A stretch of DNA of 64,000 nt from Candidatus Oxydemutatoraceae bacterium. GTDB taxonomy: Bacteria; Pseudomonadota; Gammaproteobacteria; Poriferisulfidales; Oxydemutatoraceae. This document shows positions 54,254-64,000 of the stretch, piece by piece. Positions within the stretch are counted from its first letter, which is position 1. Each line of letters starts with the position of its first letter. The stretch lies in contig OZ244717.1 in the NCBI GenBank assembly GCA_965218975.1, positions 384,001 to 448,000 of the forward strand, given 5' to 3'. A model generated the notes under the pieces. That model searched no databases, was not told the DNA's origin, and saw only the letters and a list, made by a program, of their open reading frames with translations. A program made the translations under genes and the position numbers.

Positions 54254-54779
54254 CTTGACTTCGTAGGCTTTGACTCGTAAGTGATTGATATTATTGCCCT
54301 TAGGATTCTCAAGGGCACTACATTACGGTGTTGTTTGTAACCCTCTGCGCTCAGCTTCCTCCAGGGCGTGACTTGTTGGGAAGCGGGAACGGAGCTTCGT
54401 TCCATTTCAGGCCTATGCTACGGTAGGTCCTGTTGGCGTCCGCACTCGCACGGCTCGGCATCGCATACCGCTCCTGTGTGTCGGTACGTACCAAGATGCT
54501 CAACTGCAAGGCGTTGAGCTCGCGTCGGACCCGCTCCGCGCTCATCGGGAAGCCCAGCGCCTTGAGCCGCCGGCGCAACTGCTGCAAACAGCAGAAGGCC
54601 ATGTAGCAGACCGCAATGCGCGCGCGGATGCGCCGCAGCTTCCAGTGAAAGATCGGGCGGATGCGCAGATCATGTTTGTCGGTGCGAAAGCAATGTTCTA
54701 CTTCCCATAACCGGCGATATTGCAACAGCAACTCCTGCGGTGTCATCTCTTCGTTGCCTTGATTTCGTAGGTTTTAACC
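54254..54779 (-). mobile_element. IS1634-family remnant (right end and transposase C-terminus) plus an isolated IR at 54758-54779
   Basis: IR at 54254; ORF 54351-54746 matches the transposase C-terminus; CTTGATTTCGTAGGTTTTAACC abuts the pyrR stop. Confidence 0.85.
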
Positions 54780-55283
54780 TCAGCGAATCGCTAGTCGCAG
54801 CGGTTCCGGGCCTCGCAGTTTAATGTTTTGCGTAGCAAGCAGTCGGACGGTTTTTCCGATGATATCTGCGCAGATGGGTAATTCCCTACCGCCGCGGTTT
54901 ATCAGAACAACCAGTTTAATGTCGGCAGGTCTGCCGTAATCAAAAATCTCATTCAGCGCGGCACGGATTGTCCTACCGGTATGTAACACATCGTCAATCA
55001 GAATAATGTGCCGGTTGTCTACCGATACCGGCAAATTCGAGGCGCCGACTTTTGGGTGTAACCCGATTTGACTGAAATCATCGCGATAGAAGTTAATATT
55101 CAATTCCCCTAATGCTTCAGATAAGCCTAGCATTTGATGCAGTCGTTGCGCGACCCACACGCCACCGGTACGAATGCCGATTAGCAAGGGATTATTGATC
55201 TTCTCACGATGTAATAGCTCCTTTAAGGCAATGTTGATCCGTTCGAGCAGAACCGCCACTTCCGGATTTTTCATCTGATCCAT
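54780..55283 (-). CDS. pyrR: PyrR / uracil phosphoribosyltransferase
   Basis: GIRTGG, FYRDD, ILIDDVLHTGRTIRAAL, RELPI.AD. Confidence 0.93.
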   Translation of the reverse strand: MDQMKNPEVAVLLERINIALKELLHREKINNPLLIGIRTGGVWVAQRLHQMLGLSEALGELNINFYRDDFSQIGLHPKVGASNLPVSVDNRHIILIDDVLHTGRTIRAALNEIFDYGRPADIKLVVLINRGGRELPICADIIGKTVRLLATQNIKLRGPEPLRLAIR

Positions 55284-55307
55284 TCCGTCATCTCCTTCAT
55301 TCTATCG

Positions 55308-55745
55308 CTATGCCGATGTTTTCAATGCAAGCCAAGTATCTAAAATTAAAGCGGCGGCAATTTTATCAAGCTTGCCGGTGTGGTTTTTTCCGACCAGTCC
55401 GAGCTTGCGTTGCTCAGTCAAATGATATTTCGCTTCGGTGGAAGTATATGCTTCCTCGACAAAATTTACCGGGCATTGATAACGTTCCTGCAGTTGCATG
55501 GCAAATAGCGCGATTTTCTTTTGTAAGGTATCGGATGCTTTGCCGGTTTTACCGACGACAAACAATGCGGGGTGCCAAGTTGTAACAAGTTGAGTAATCT
55601 GCTGCCAATCGGGTCCGTTCGCTTTGTTGTTGACGGTTGCCAATGGTTGTGTGTGCGAAGTCGCTTGGTTTGTGACGGCGATTCCGATGCGTGCTTCTCC
55701 GAAATCAAACCCCATCACGCAATTTTGATCTGAGATGAGTGTCAT
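55308..55745 (-). CDS. ruvX: YqgF/RuvX family nuclease
   Basis: GFDFGEARIGIA, EEAYTSTEA, D..AAALIL. Confidence 0.9.
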   Translation of the reverse strand: MTLISDQNCVMGFDFGEARIGIAVTNQATSHTQPLATVNNKANGPDWQQITQLVTTWHPALFVVGKTGKASDTLQKKIALFAMQLQERYQCPVNFVEEAYTSTEAKYHLTEQRKLGLVGKNHTGKLDKIAAALILDTWLALKTSA

Positions 55746-56749
55746 TGAGTGAGTTTGCTTTCAATCGCTGCGATGACGTCATTACCGATGTCCATCATAT
55801 ATAGGCGGTTTAGTTCACGCATACATGTCGGACTTGTCACATTGATTTCGGTTAAATATCCGGCAATGACGTCAATACCGACAAATAACAAGTCCATTTT
55901 AATAAGCGCCGGTCGGATACGGCGGCAGATTTCTTTGTCATGCTCGTTCAGACCGACACCTTCGCCGCGGCCTCCGGCGGCAAGATTCGCACAGAACTGT
56001 CCCGGCGGCGGAACACGCAGTAATGCTTTCTCTACCGGTTCGCCATCAATCATTAGGATACGTTTGTCGCCGCGGGCGTAATCTTTGATTGTTTGTTGTG
56101 CGATAATCGTGCACTTGCCATAATCAGTTGCCGAGTCAATCGCTTGAGTAAATGAAGCATCAGCCGTACTGATACGGATAATTCCGGTTCCTCCCATTTG
56201 ATTTAGCGGTTTCAGTACCACATCGTTATATTCACGCGCAAAATCAATCAATTGAGGCCTACATTTACTGACGATGGTTGGCGGTGACAGATGGGCAAAC
56301 TGCTGAGCAAATATTTTTTCGTTGATGCAGTGCAAACTAACCGGATTATTAACAACCAACGTGCCATCCCGGCTTGCGGCTTGCAAAAGATGACAAATAT
56401 TTAAGAACTCAAGGTCTACCGGCGGGTCTACCCGCATCAAAATAACTGCGAGAGTATTCATCGCCATATCGTGTTCTTCATCATCGAACCGGAACCAATC
56501 GGTACGATCTAACGTGACCGAAAGCGGTTTGCCGTAACCGCGCGTGCAACCATCACGTAAATATAGGTTGTTAGGTTCAAAGTACATTAAATTCCAACCG
56601 CGCCGCTGCGCTGCTTCAAGTAAACCTAGCGTGGTGTCTTTATCGGGATTAATTTCTGCGATGGGATTCATTACAACTCCCATGGTTGCGGCGGCAAAAT
56701 TCTTTTGCGGAAGCGTAGTAGCCGATTGAGTATTGAGAGCCATATTCAA
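55742..56749 (-). CDS. gshB: Glutathione synthetase
   Basis: MRVDPP, NEK, KPL..MGG, GDKRI, NLAAGG, EINVTSPT. Confidence 0.95.
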   Translation of the reverse strand: MNMALNTQSATTLPQKNFAAATMGVVMNPIAEINPDKDTTLGLLEAAQRRGWNLMYFEPNNLYLRDGCTRGYGKPLSVTLDRTDWFRFDDEEHDMAMNTLAVILMRVDPPVDLEFLNICHLLQAASRDGTLVVNNPVSLHCINEKIFAQQFAHLSPPTIVSKCRPQLIDFAREYNDVVLKPLNQMGGTGIIRISTADASFTQAIDSATDYGKCTIIAQQTIKDYARGDKRILMIDGEPVEKALLRVPPPGQFCANLAAGGRGEGVGLNEHDKEICRRIRPALIKMDLLFVGIDVIAGYLTEINVTSPTCMRELNRLYMMDIGNDVIAAIESKLTQ

Positions 56750-56827
56750 GATATTATAAATTCAAGCGGCGGTAATTTACCGGAGGCTATAATTGTAAAT
56801 TATCAATTGAATAATGCTGAATTACAA

Positions 56828-57829
56828 ATGTTTGCTTCTTACCGCTTGTTGCTTTTCTTCTCGCTGTGTATCGTTTCCGAATGGGTTGCGCCGGATAAAA
56901 AATATATACTGTCCGATACGCCGGTAATCAGTCGCTCGTTGCCAGCCTCTACTGTCAGGGGTACTACAAAATCAACAACGGTAGGCTTACCCTCGGTCAT
57001 AGGTAAAGCGAAATCAACCACGCCCACCGAATCAACCGTACAACCTGAGCCGAGAGCAAAACCTGAGCCGAGAGTACAACCTGAGCCGAGAGTACAACCT
57101 GAACCTAGAGTACAACCTGAGCCTAGAGCAAAACCTGAGCCTAGAGCAAAACATGAGCCTGAAAAATTCGAGCGTAGCGGGTTTTTTATTCCGCAGCACT
57201 CCACCAATATTGAAGCGGCTCGTGCCGGTACCATATTGCGCTTGCGCAAGGAGACCGGGCAATATTTCGAAGCAGATGAAATTTTAGTGGAAATGAGTTG
57301 TTTGCACGAACATGCACAGCTTGAAGAACTGCGATTATTGCATCAGGAAGCAAAGATAAAACGCAAGCAGATGATTGCCGCACGGCAGAAGAATGAGATT
57401 ACACCTGAAGAAATGTCGCTGGCGGGTCTTGCGGTTGAAATATCGCTTGCGCGTTTGAATCGTTTACGTACGGAAATGAAAAGCTGCATGATTAAAGCGC
57501 CTTTTGCCGGCTTGGTGCAAAAGACGTATGTGCGACAGGGGCAAAATGTAGGGTTTTTATCGCCCTTACTGGAAATTATTTCAGATAAGCCATGGCATTT
57601 TACCGTTGAAGTGCCGGCTGTTTGGTTGCGGCATATTCGGGTTGAAATGCAGTTTATCGTTCATCCCGATGCGGCGGGGCGAGATTATTCGGCAAAAGTA
57701 CTACGGATTGGCAATGAAATTGACATTGCGACACAAACGGTAACAGTTATCGCGGAAATAATGCAAAACGACACAATCATAAGGGGTGGAATGCATGGCG
57801 TGGCAAAATTTGATTTTGCGGATAAGTAA
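56828..57829 (+). CDS. Periplasmic adaptor (HlyD/RND MFP-type) with Pro-rich repeat linker
   Basis: Hydrophobic N-terminus, helical hairpin, IKAPFAG.V...GQ.V lipoyl half, ID.ATQT, GM; ATG 56828 preferred over TTG 56705. Confidence 0.7.
   Translation: MFASYRLLLFFSLCIVSEWVAPDKKYILSDTPVISRSLPASTVRGTTKSTTVGLPSVIGKAKSTTPTESTVQPEPRAKPEPRVQPEPRVQPEPRVQPEPRAKPEPRAKHEPEKFERSGFFIPQHSTNIEAARAGTILRLRKETGQYFEADEILVEMSCLHEHAQLEELRLLHQEAKIKRKQMIAARQKNEITPEEMSLAGLAVEISLARLNRLRTEMKSCMIKAPFAGLVQKTYVRQGQNVGFLSPLLEIISDKPWHFTVEVPAVWLRHIRVEMQFIVHPDAAGRDYSAKVLRIGNEIDIATQTVTVIAEIMQNDTIIRGGMHGVAKFDFADK
57038..57161 (+). repeat. 18-bp in-frame tandem repeat, about 7 copies (VQPEPR/AKPEPR)
   Basis: GTACAACCTGAGCCGAGA / GCAAAACCTGAGCCTAGA units. 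Confidence 0.9.
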
Positions 57830-57868
57830 TTATGACATTTCAGCCAATTGATTCTCCGGAGGAATTTT

Positions 57869-58768
57869 ATGAACTTAAAATACGCCACGTTGAGTTATGC
57901 ATTCTCGGCTAACTATGGTGATGAGATTCAAAGCATTGCCGCTGCTCGGTGTTTACCAAAGGGGGAGAACACAACGATTGATCGTGGACGGCTAAATGTA
58001 TTTTCCAGCGCAACGAAACACATATTGTTGATGAATGGCTACTTTGGTTTAGGCAAAAGGGGCTGGGACGGCTTTCCTCCTTCGGAAGACATTATCCCAA
58101 TTTATTTTAGCTTTCATATTGCGCAAAAAGCGGCTGCGCTTTATACCAGCCCCGAATGCCTTGAACATTTCAGGAAATGGCAACCGATCGGGTGCCGTGA
58201 CCGGGGCACCGCTGCGCTATTAAAAAATAAAGGGATTGATACCTTTTTCGCTAAGTGCTTGACTTTGACGTTGGAGAAGAGGGCCCGTTCGCCCGCGAAC
58301 GGTAAATTATTCATTGTCGACGGGGAAGATCTTCCGGTCCCACGGTCACTGAAAAGAACGGCGGAATGGGTGAGACAGTCGCCTCATCCTGACGACCCGC
58401 TTGGCCATCAAGCTAAACTCAAGCGGGCTTTGATGTTGTTAGAGCGATACCGAGACGAAGCAAACTTGGTTATCACCAAGCGAATGCATTGCGCTTTGCC
58501 GTGTCTCGCGATGGGCGTTCCGGTTATTTTTATGACGATGCGCCCACCGACGGATTATCGGTTGAACTTATATTCGGATATAGGCGGAACAGTACATCGT
58601 CTTTTACCGATGACCAAGTTGTTGCGATTATCCATCGGACGTCTCATTCACAAACTGCAAGTGCGTCATTTTTCATGGCAGGGAGACGTACTGGATTTAA
58701 GCGACGAAAAGCGGAAAATTCGCGTTGCTTTGCAGCAGCAAATCGACAGACAACTTGCCAAGCTTTGA
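57869..58768 (+). CDS. Polysaccharide pyruvyl transferase family protein
   Basis: NYGDEIQS, IGCRD, VITKRMHCALPCLAMGVP; GGAGG RBS before ATG 57869. Confidence 0.8.
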   Translation: MNLKYATLSYAFSANYGDEIQSIAAARCLPKGENTTIDRGRLNVFSSATKHILLMNGYFGLGKRGWDGFPPSEDIIPIYFSFHIAQKAAALYTSPECLEHFRKWQPIGCRDRGTAALLKNKGIDTFFAKCLTLTLEKRARSPANGKLFIVDGEDLPVPRSLKRTAEWVRQSPHPDDPLGHQAKLKRALMLLERYRDEANLVITKRMHCALPCLAMGVPVIFMTMRPPTDYRLNLYSDIGGTVHRLLPMTKLLRLSIGRLIHKLQVRHFSWQGDVLDLSDEKRKIRVALQQQIDRQLAKL

Positions 58769-59344
58769 AATAAAAAAGTCGATGTAATCGATCAATCGGT
58801 TCGTTCCCGGGCAGACATTCTGTACTGATGTCGGCGATAGCTAGGGTACGGCGTATCTCTTCCCGTTTCGGGCGTGCGTTTTTACTCAAACATCGGTTCC
58901 GGTAAGATCGTAGTTACCGGGATGTTTTACAAACGGCATCGGCTTATTATTGCCCGCGCTATCGTGTGCCTGATTGTGGATACATCGAATAGAATGCTAC
59001 CGTCCCTACCCGCTCAGCACCAAAGAATTATGCAAACCGCAGACACAAGTATAAACACTTCAAAGCACAATCCGGAGCATTGGGTCGCCCTTGATACTAG
59101 CGTGCGCTTTCAGCGCGAGGATGCGCGCCATTCTTAAACACTATTGATATCGATTCATGCCTTGAGTTGCAACGGCAACCGATAGCGGGTGAATCACATT
59201 TGAAGCGGTATGACATGTGCCGACCGCATACCGGTTTAGGTTCAACAGCCCCGTGCCGAATGTTGATTCCAAACAACCCTAAAAAAATCCGGAATGTATT
59301 GGTATCGTACATCCGGCGCTTCCGGAATCAGTTATACTTATCGC

Positions 59345-59623
59345 ATGAGCGCGATTGATCTCTATAACCTGTTCCGGCGTATTCCGAATGCAACCGAAGC
59401 AGAAGCCCGCGCGGCCGCGGATACCATCGCGCATACGGACGATTTCGCTACTAAAGACGATCTGAGCGAATTCACAACCAAAGCGGATTTGAAAGCGGGA
59501 TTGGCTGGGTTAAAAGCTGAGTTAAAAGCTGATTTGGCTGAGCTGGAAAATCGGTTGACCAAGTGGATTGTCTTCGCGAACGGCATCGTCATCGCCATCC
59601 TGGGACTAATAATTAGACTTTAA
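59345..59623 (+). CDS. Small coiled-coil protein with C-terminal TM (DUF1640/CCDC90-like)
   Basis: ATKDDL, TKADL, LKAELKADLAELENRLTKW then a hydrophobic tail. Confidence 0.65.
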   Translation: MSAIDLYNLFRRIPNATEAEARAAADTIAHTDDFATKDDLSEFTTKADLKAGLAGLKAELKADLAELENRLTKWIVFANGIVIAILGLIIRL

Positions 59624-59644
59624 TCATCCCGTCACTGACTATAA

Positions 59645-59900
59645 CCGCGATAACGCTACCGCCGGCGGCACAAAGTACTGCAACTGAGATCGAATGCATC
59701 CAAAGTTGCATCCGGCCCGTGTTTATCCCAAAATGAGGGCATCATATTTCTGTTGAAGCTTAGAGCGCTCATGAGCCTCTATCTTTGAAGTTAAACAGGC
59801 TCATATAGAAACCTTTGATGCGGTGGCCGATGTGTTGATATTGCATATCGGTCACCTTTTGGAGTCGTGCCGTGAGTCCCATATGTATCCGGCACTATAC
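59645..59900 (-). repeat. Inverted copy of repeat modules G-F
   Basis: Reverse complement matches 32194-32400 (F) and 40950-40982 (G: GTATAGTGCC.GATACATATGGGACTCACGGC). Confidence 0.85.
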
Positions 59901-60051
59901 GCGCACCACATAGCCTGAGAGAAAAAAGAATAGGGGAAAATCAGTGCGTTCATAATGTACAATTTCCCTTGCCGAAATTGCAAGATTCCGCGACAATAGC
60001 CGTTTCTTATCGTAATCCGTGCACGATTTACATATACTTTCAGTGAATTAG

Positions 60052-62064
60052 ATGTCTTTAGCTAAAGTCTCGCACGAGGCGTTGTCAAATGCGGTCCGTG
60101 TTTTGAGTATGGATGCGGTTGAGAAAGCGCGGTCCGGTCACCCAGGTGCGCCGATGGGGATGGCGGATATTGCCACAGTGCTTTGGAAAGATTACCTAAA
60201 GCATAATCCAAGTAATCCGGCATGGGTTGATCGCGATCGTTTTGTGCTGTCAAACGGTCATGCGTCAATGCTGTTGTATGCGTTGTTACATTTATCCGGC
60301 TATTCGATTTCAATTAATGATATTCAAAACTTTCGTCAATTAGGCTCTAAAACGCCGGGTCATCCCGAGTACGGATGCGCTCCCGGAGTTGAAACGACCA
60401 CCGGTCCTTTGGGTCAGGGAATTGCTCATGCGGTCGGGATGGCATTGGCGGAAAGAACTCTAGCGGCGCAATTTAATCGTCCGGAATACAAAATTGTCGA
60501 CCACTATACGTATGTCTTTGCCGGTGACGGCTGTTTGATGGAAGGGATTTCACATGAAGCATGTTCATTGGCAGGGACCTTGAAATTATCCAAGTTGATT
60601 GTATTTTATGACGACAACGGTGTTTCGATCGATGGCAATGTTCAAGGATGGTTCACCGATGACACGGCGACAAGATTTCGCGCTTACGATTGGCATGTCA
60701 TTGAGAAAGTAGACGGTCATAACTCCGTACAGGTTGATCGAGCGATTCGGCAAGCGCGTGCGCAAACACAACGGCCGACATTTATTTGCTGTCAAACGAG
60801 TATTGGTGCCGGTGCTCCGAATAAGGCGGGTACCGCCGATTGCCACGGCGCGCCGCTTGGCGCCGACGAAGTTGCTCAAACACGTGTTGTATTGGGGTGG
60901 CGATATCCTGCATTTGAAATTCCTAAGAACATTCGAGCACAATGGAATGTACGGGATAAAGGACAAGCGGTTGAAGAACGGTGGCAGAAATTGTTTTCGG
61001 CGTATCGCGAGAAATACCCCGATCTTGCCGTAGAGTTTATCCGCCGCACGCGAGGTGATTTGCCTGTAGACTGGGCGCAGCGGTCCGCCAAGTATATTCG
61101 CAAGGTTTGTGCCGCTAATGGAAAGATGGCGACGCGTAAGGCCTCGGGGAAAACGTTGCGTGTCTATAGTTCTCTTCTGCCCGAATTGATTGGCGGGTCT
61201 GCGGATCTTGCCGGCTCAAACCTTACTTTATCGGAATTATCGCAACCGGTAACTGAAAACAGCGCCGGCAATTATATATATTTCGGTGTGCGTGAATTCG
61301 CAATGACTGCGATCGCAACAGGGTTTGCATTGCACGGCGGATTTATTCCTTATACCGCTACATTTCTGACTTTTTCCGACTATGCACGCAATGCGGTGCG
61401 TCTGGCAGCATTAATGAAGCAGCGTGTCGTTATGATTTATACGCATGACTCTATCGGCTTAGGCGAGGACGGTCCGACTCATCAGCCGGTGGAACACTTG
61501 GCGTCATTGCGGTTGATTCCGAATCTGGATGTATGGCGTCCCTGTGACGAAGTTGAAACGGCAATTGCGTGGAAAGTTGCGCTTGAAAATTATCGCCGTC
61601 CAAGCGCTTTGGCATTGTCGCGCCAAAGTTTGTCGCCGCAAGCACGCTATGCCGAGCAAGTCGCTAATATCGCCCGGGGCGCCTATATAATTGGCGAGTG
61701 TGAAGCCTCGCCGGATTTGCTGCTGATCGCTACCGGTTCCGAAGTGGCGCTTGCAATGGGGGTGAAACAGCGGCTTGAACAAGCCGGCAACTGTCAAATC
61801 CAAGTTATTTCCATGCCTTGTTGTGAAATGTTTGACCGTCAGACCGACGATTATCGTAGCTCGGTTTTACCGCCGGCAATTACAAAACGATTGGTGATCG
61901 AAGCGGGCGCAACCGGCGGATGGTATAAATATGCTGGCACTTACGGTCAGGTGTTTGGCATTGATTGTTATGGCGAGTCGGCGCCCGGCAATGTTTTATT
62001 CGAGCACTTCGGATTTTCGGTGGCAAACTTATCAAGATTGGCAATGGGATTGCTCAATGAGTGA
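60052..62064 (+). CDS. tkt: Transketolase
   Basis: [46 protein letters not shown]. Confidence 0.97.
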   Translation: MSLAKVSHEALSNAVRVLSMDAVEKARSGHPGAPMGMADIATVLWKDYLKHNPSNPAWVDRDRFVLSNGHASMLLYALLHLSGYSISINDIQNFRQLGSKTPGHPEYGCAPGVETTTGPLGQGIAHAVGMALAERTLAAQFNRPEYKIVDHYTYVFAGDGCLMEGISHEACSLAGTLKLSKLIVFYDDNGVSIDGNVQGWFTDDTATRFRAYDWHVIEKVDGHNSVQVDRAIRQARAQTQRPTFICCQTSIGAGAPNKAGTADCHGAPLGADEVAQTRVVLGWRYPAFEIPKNIRAQWNVRDKGQAVEERWQKLFSAYREKYPDLAVEFIRRTRGDLPVDWAQRSAKYIRKVCAANGKMATRKASGKTLRVYSSLLPELIGGSADLAGSNLTLSELSQPVTENSAGNYIYFGVREFAMTAIATGFALHGGFIPYTATFLTFSDYARNAVRLAALMKQRVVMIYTHDSIGLGEDGPTHQPVEHLASLRLIPNLDVWRPCDEVETAIAWKVALENYRRPSALALSRQSLSPQARYAEQVANIARGAYIIGECEASPDLLLIATGSEVALAMGVKQRLEQAGNCQIQVISMPCCEMFDRQTDDYRSSVLPPAITKRLVIEAGATGGWYKYAGTYGQVFGIDCYGESAPGNVLFEHFGFSVANLSRLAMGLLNE

Positions 62065-62102
62065 TATATTAAGTTGTTCTATTAAAAAAGGGGAAACATC
62101 TA

Positions 62103-63113
62103 ATGCACGCTAAAGTTGCGATCAATGGCTATGGACGTATAGGGCGTAGTATTTTGCGTGCGTTGTACGAGTCCGGCATGAATAAGAAATTGCAGTTGGT
62201 TGCGTTAAATAATCGCGGTGATATCGACGCCTGCGCCCAGGCCACGTGCTACGATACGACACATGGCAGATTTAATTTTGACGTCAGTATTGAAGGTGAC
62301 CATTTGATTATAGGCCGGGATAGAATTCGTTATCTTTCAGAAACTGACCCGGCAAAACTTCCTTGGCGCGAGATCGGGGTTGATATTGTTTTTGAGTGCA
62401 CGGGAAAATTTAATAGTAAAGAATGCGCTCAAGTGCATCTTGATTCGGGTGCGGGAAAAGTTTTGTTGTCTGCTCCGGGAAAGGGGGTGGATGTGACGGT
62501 GGTATTCGGAGTGAATCATCAGACGATTCAAATGAGCGATCGGTTGGTTTCAAATGCATCGTGCACCACCAATTGTTTGGTGCCGGTCGTCAAAGCACTC
62601 AACGATAGTATCGGCATTGTTCGGGGATTACTTACAACTGTGCATGCCTATACGAACGATCAAGTTTTAATTGACGGCAATCATAAAGATTTGCGCCGGG
62701 CACGTTCGGCGACCACGTCAATGATTCCGACGAAAACCGGTGCGGCGCAAGCAGTGGGGCTTGTGCTGCCGGAGCTTGCCGGTAAGTTACACGGATATGC
62801 AATTCGTGTTCCGACTCTGAATGTTTCATTGATTGATTTAACGCTTGATGTGGCGCGTCAAACGACCATTGACGAAGTCAATACCGTGATTAAACGAGCG
62901 GCGGAAGGCGCGATGAAAAATATTTTGGAATATTGTGACATGCCGTTGGTATCAATTGACTTTAATCATAATAGCGCGTCAAGCATCTATGATGCTACTT
63001 TGACACAAGTAATGGACGGCACTTTAGTGAAGGTGTCTGCGTGGTATGACAATGAATGGGGCTACGCCAACCGAATGTTGGATACCGCACTCTTTATGTC
63101 GTCAATCTCATGA
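62103..63113 (+). CDS. gap: Type I glyceraldehyde-3-phosphate dehydrogenase
   Basis: [25 protein letters not shown] (Tyr rather than the Cys typical of Epd). Confidence 0.85.
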   Translation: MHAKVAINGYGRIGRSILRALYESGMNKKLQLVALNNRGDIDACAQATCYDTTHGRFNFDVSIEGDHLIIGRDRIRYLSETDPAKLPWREIGVDIVFECTGKFNSKECAQVHLDSGAGKVLLSAPGKGVDVTVVFGVNHQTIQMSDRLVSNASCTTNCLVPVVKALNDSIGIVRGLLTTVHAYTNDQVLIDGNHKDLRRARSATTSMIPTKTGAAQAVGLVLPELAGKLHGYAIRVPTLNVSLIDLTLDVARQTTIDEVNTVIKRAAEGAMKNILEYCDMPLVSIDFNHNSASSIYDATLTQVMDGTLVKVSAWYDNEWGYANRMLDTALFMSSIS

Positions 63114-64000
63114 CTGTTGTACGAGATACAGAGGTATCTTCCGCGGTAAAATTGCCATGTGTTGATGATTGCGCGCTCGGCGGTCAGCGTGTGCTGATTC
63201 GGGCTGATTTGAATGTTCCGATAAAAGACGGCAAGGTAGCTAATAACCAAAAAATTATTGCATCGCTGGCGACGATTCGGTTTGCGCTAAAGCAGAATGC
63301 GGCGGTAATTTTACTGTCGCATCTGGGCAGGCCGGAGGTGGGAGCGCTTGCGTCTGAGTTATCGTTATATCCGGTTGCTGTTAGACTTGCCGAATTACTT
63401 TCCTTGCCGGTACGGTTTGAAACGGATTATCTGGCAGGGATTCAAGTTGCACTAGGAGAAGTGGTTTTGTGTGAGAATGTTCGGTTTAACATCGGTGAGA
63501 CTACCGACGATGAAGCGTTGTCACGACAATTAGCCGGATTGGGAGATGTGTTTGTAATGGATGCTTTTGGTAGCGCGCACCGCGCTCATGCTTCAACGCA
63601 TGGGGTTGTGCGGTTTGCCAAGCATGCGTGTGCCGGCCTTTTGTTTACAAAAGAAATAAAAGCACTCTCGCAAGCGATGTATGTTGCGCGACAGCCGATG
63701 GTTGGGATTGTCGGAGGGTCGAAAATATCAACGAAACTAAATGTGCTGGAAGCATTAGTCGCCAAAACCGATTACTTGGCGCTCGGCGGCGGGATTGCCA
63801 ATACGCTGCTTGCCGCGGCGGGCCATCGAATCGGGCGGTCGTTATGTGAGAAAACCATGCTTGAGCAAGCAAAGCGCCTGCTGGAGTTTGCCGAACAACA
63901 TGCGTGCGTTTTGCAGCTACCTAAGGATGTGGTCTGTGCCTTGACGCCCGAAGCAAGAGATACCATAGAGATACGTGAAGTGGATGAGGTTGCGGCAGAT
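63110..64000 (+). CDS. pgk: Phosphoglycerate kinase (runs off the window end)
   Basis: RADLNVP, SHLGRP, ENVRF, DAFG.AHRAHAS, GGSK, GGGIANT. Confidence 0.95.
   Translation, partial: MTVVRDTEVSSAVKLPCVDDCALGGQRVLIRADLNVPIKDGKVANNQKIIASLATIRFALKQNAAVILLSHLGRPEVGALASELSLYPVAVRLAELLSLPVRFETDYLAGIQVALGEVVLCENVRFNIGETTDDEALSRQLAGLGDVFVMDAFGSAHRAHASTHGVVRFAKHACAGLLFTKEIKALSQAMYVARQPMVGIVGGSKISTKLNVLEALVAKTDYLALGGGIANTLLAAAGHRIGRSLCEKTMLEQAKRLLEFAEQHACVLQLPKDVVCALTPEARDTIEIREVDEVAAD

Noticed and set aside
41752-54780. attR duplicate of the ssrA 3' end closing the integrase-associated island
   Set aside because: No copy of the tmRNA 3' sequence found by eye, so the right boundary of that sub-island cannot be set

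Overview
64 kb of bacterial chromosome, most likely a proteobacterium (gamma/beta-type yaaA, mpl, gshB-ruvX-pyrR, tkt-gap-pgk; tmRNA tag ANEDNYALAA). Core blocks (9.5-20.2 kb: yaaA, mpl, beta-oxidation operon; 54.8-64 kb: pyrR, ruvX, gshB, tkt, gap, pgk) alternate with accessory DNA. The first 6 kb is a type III restriction-modification locus with extra cassettes between res and mod. It is followed by a five-repeat GlyGly-CTERM surface protein. A 34.5 kb defence region (about 20.26-54.88 kb) is bounded by a 104-bp direct repeat of the pyrR 3' end. It holds dndCDE-pbeABCD plus a protein combining RNA-polymerase-like domains (alpha-CTD, sigma region 4, HTH), McrBC, tmRNA with an interrupted P4-type integrase, an HNH nuclease, a Dcm/IrrE chimera, DUF4411 copies, HipBA, a decayed type III CBASS with a WYL regulator, and IS1634-family copies. 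A modular, hairpin-rich, nested repeat family marks several cassette boundaries, and the whole dnd-pbe cluster appears to sit inside one copy of it. All calls come from motif recognition and by-eye alignment; no database searches were run.
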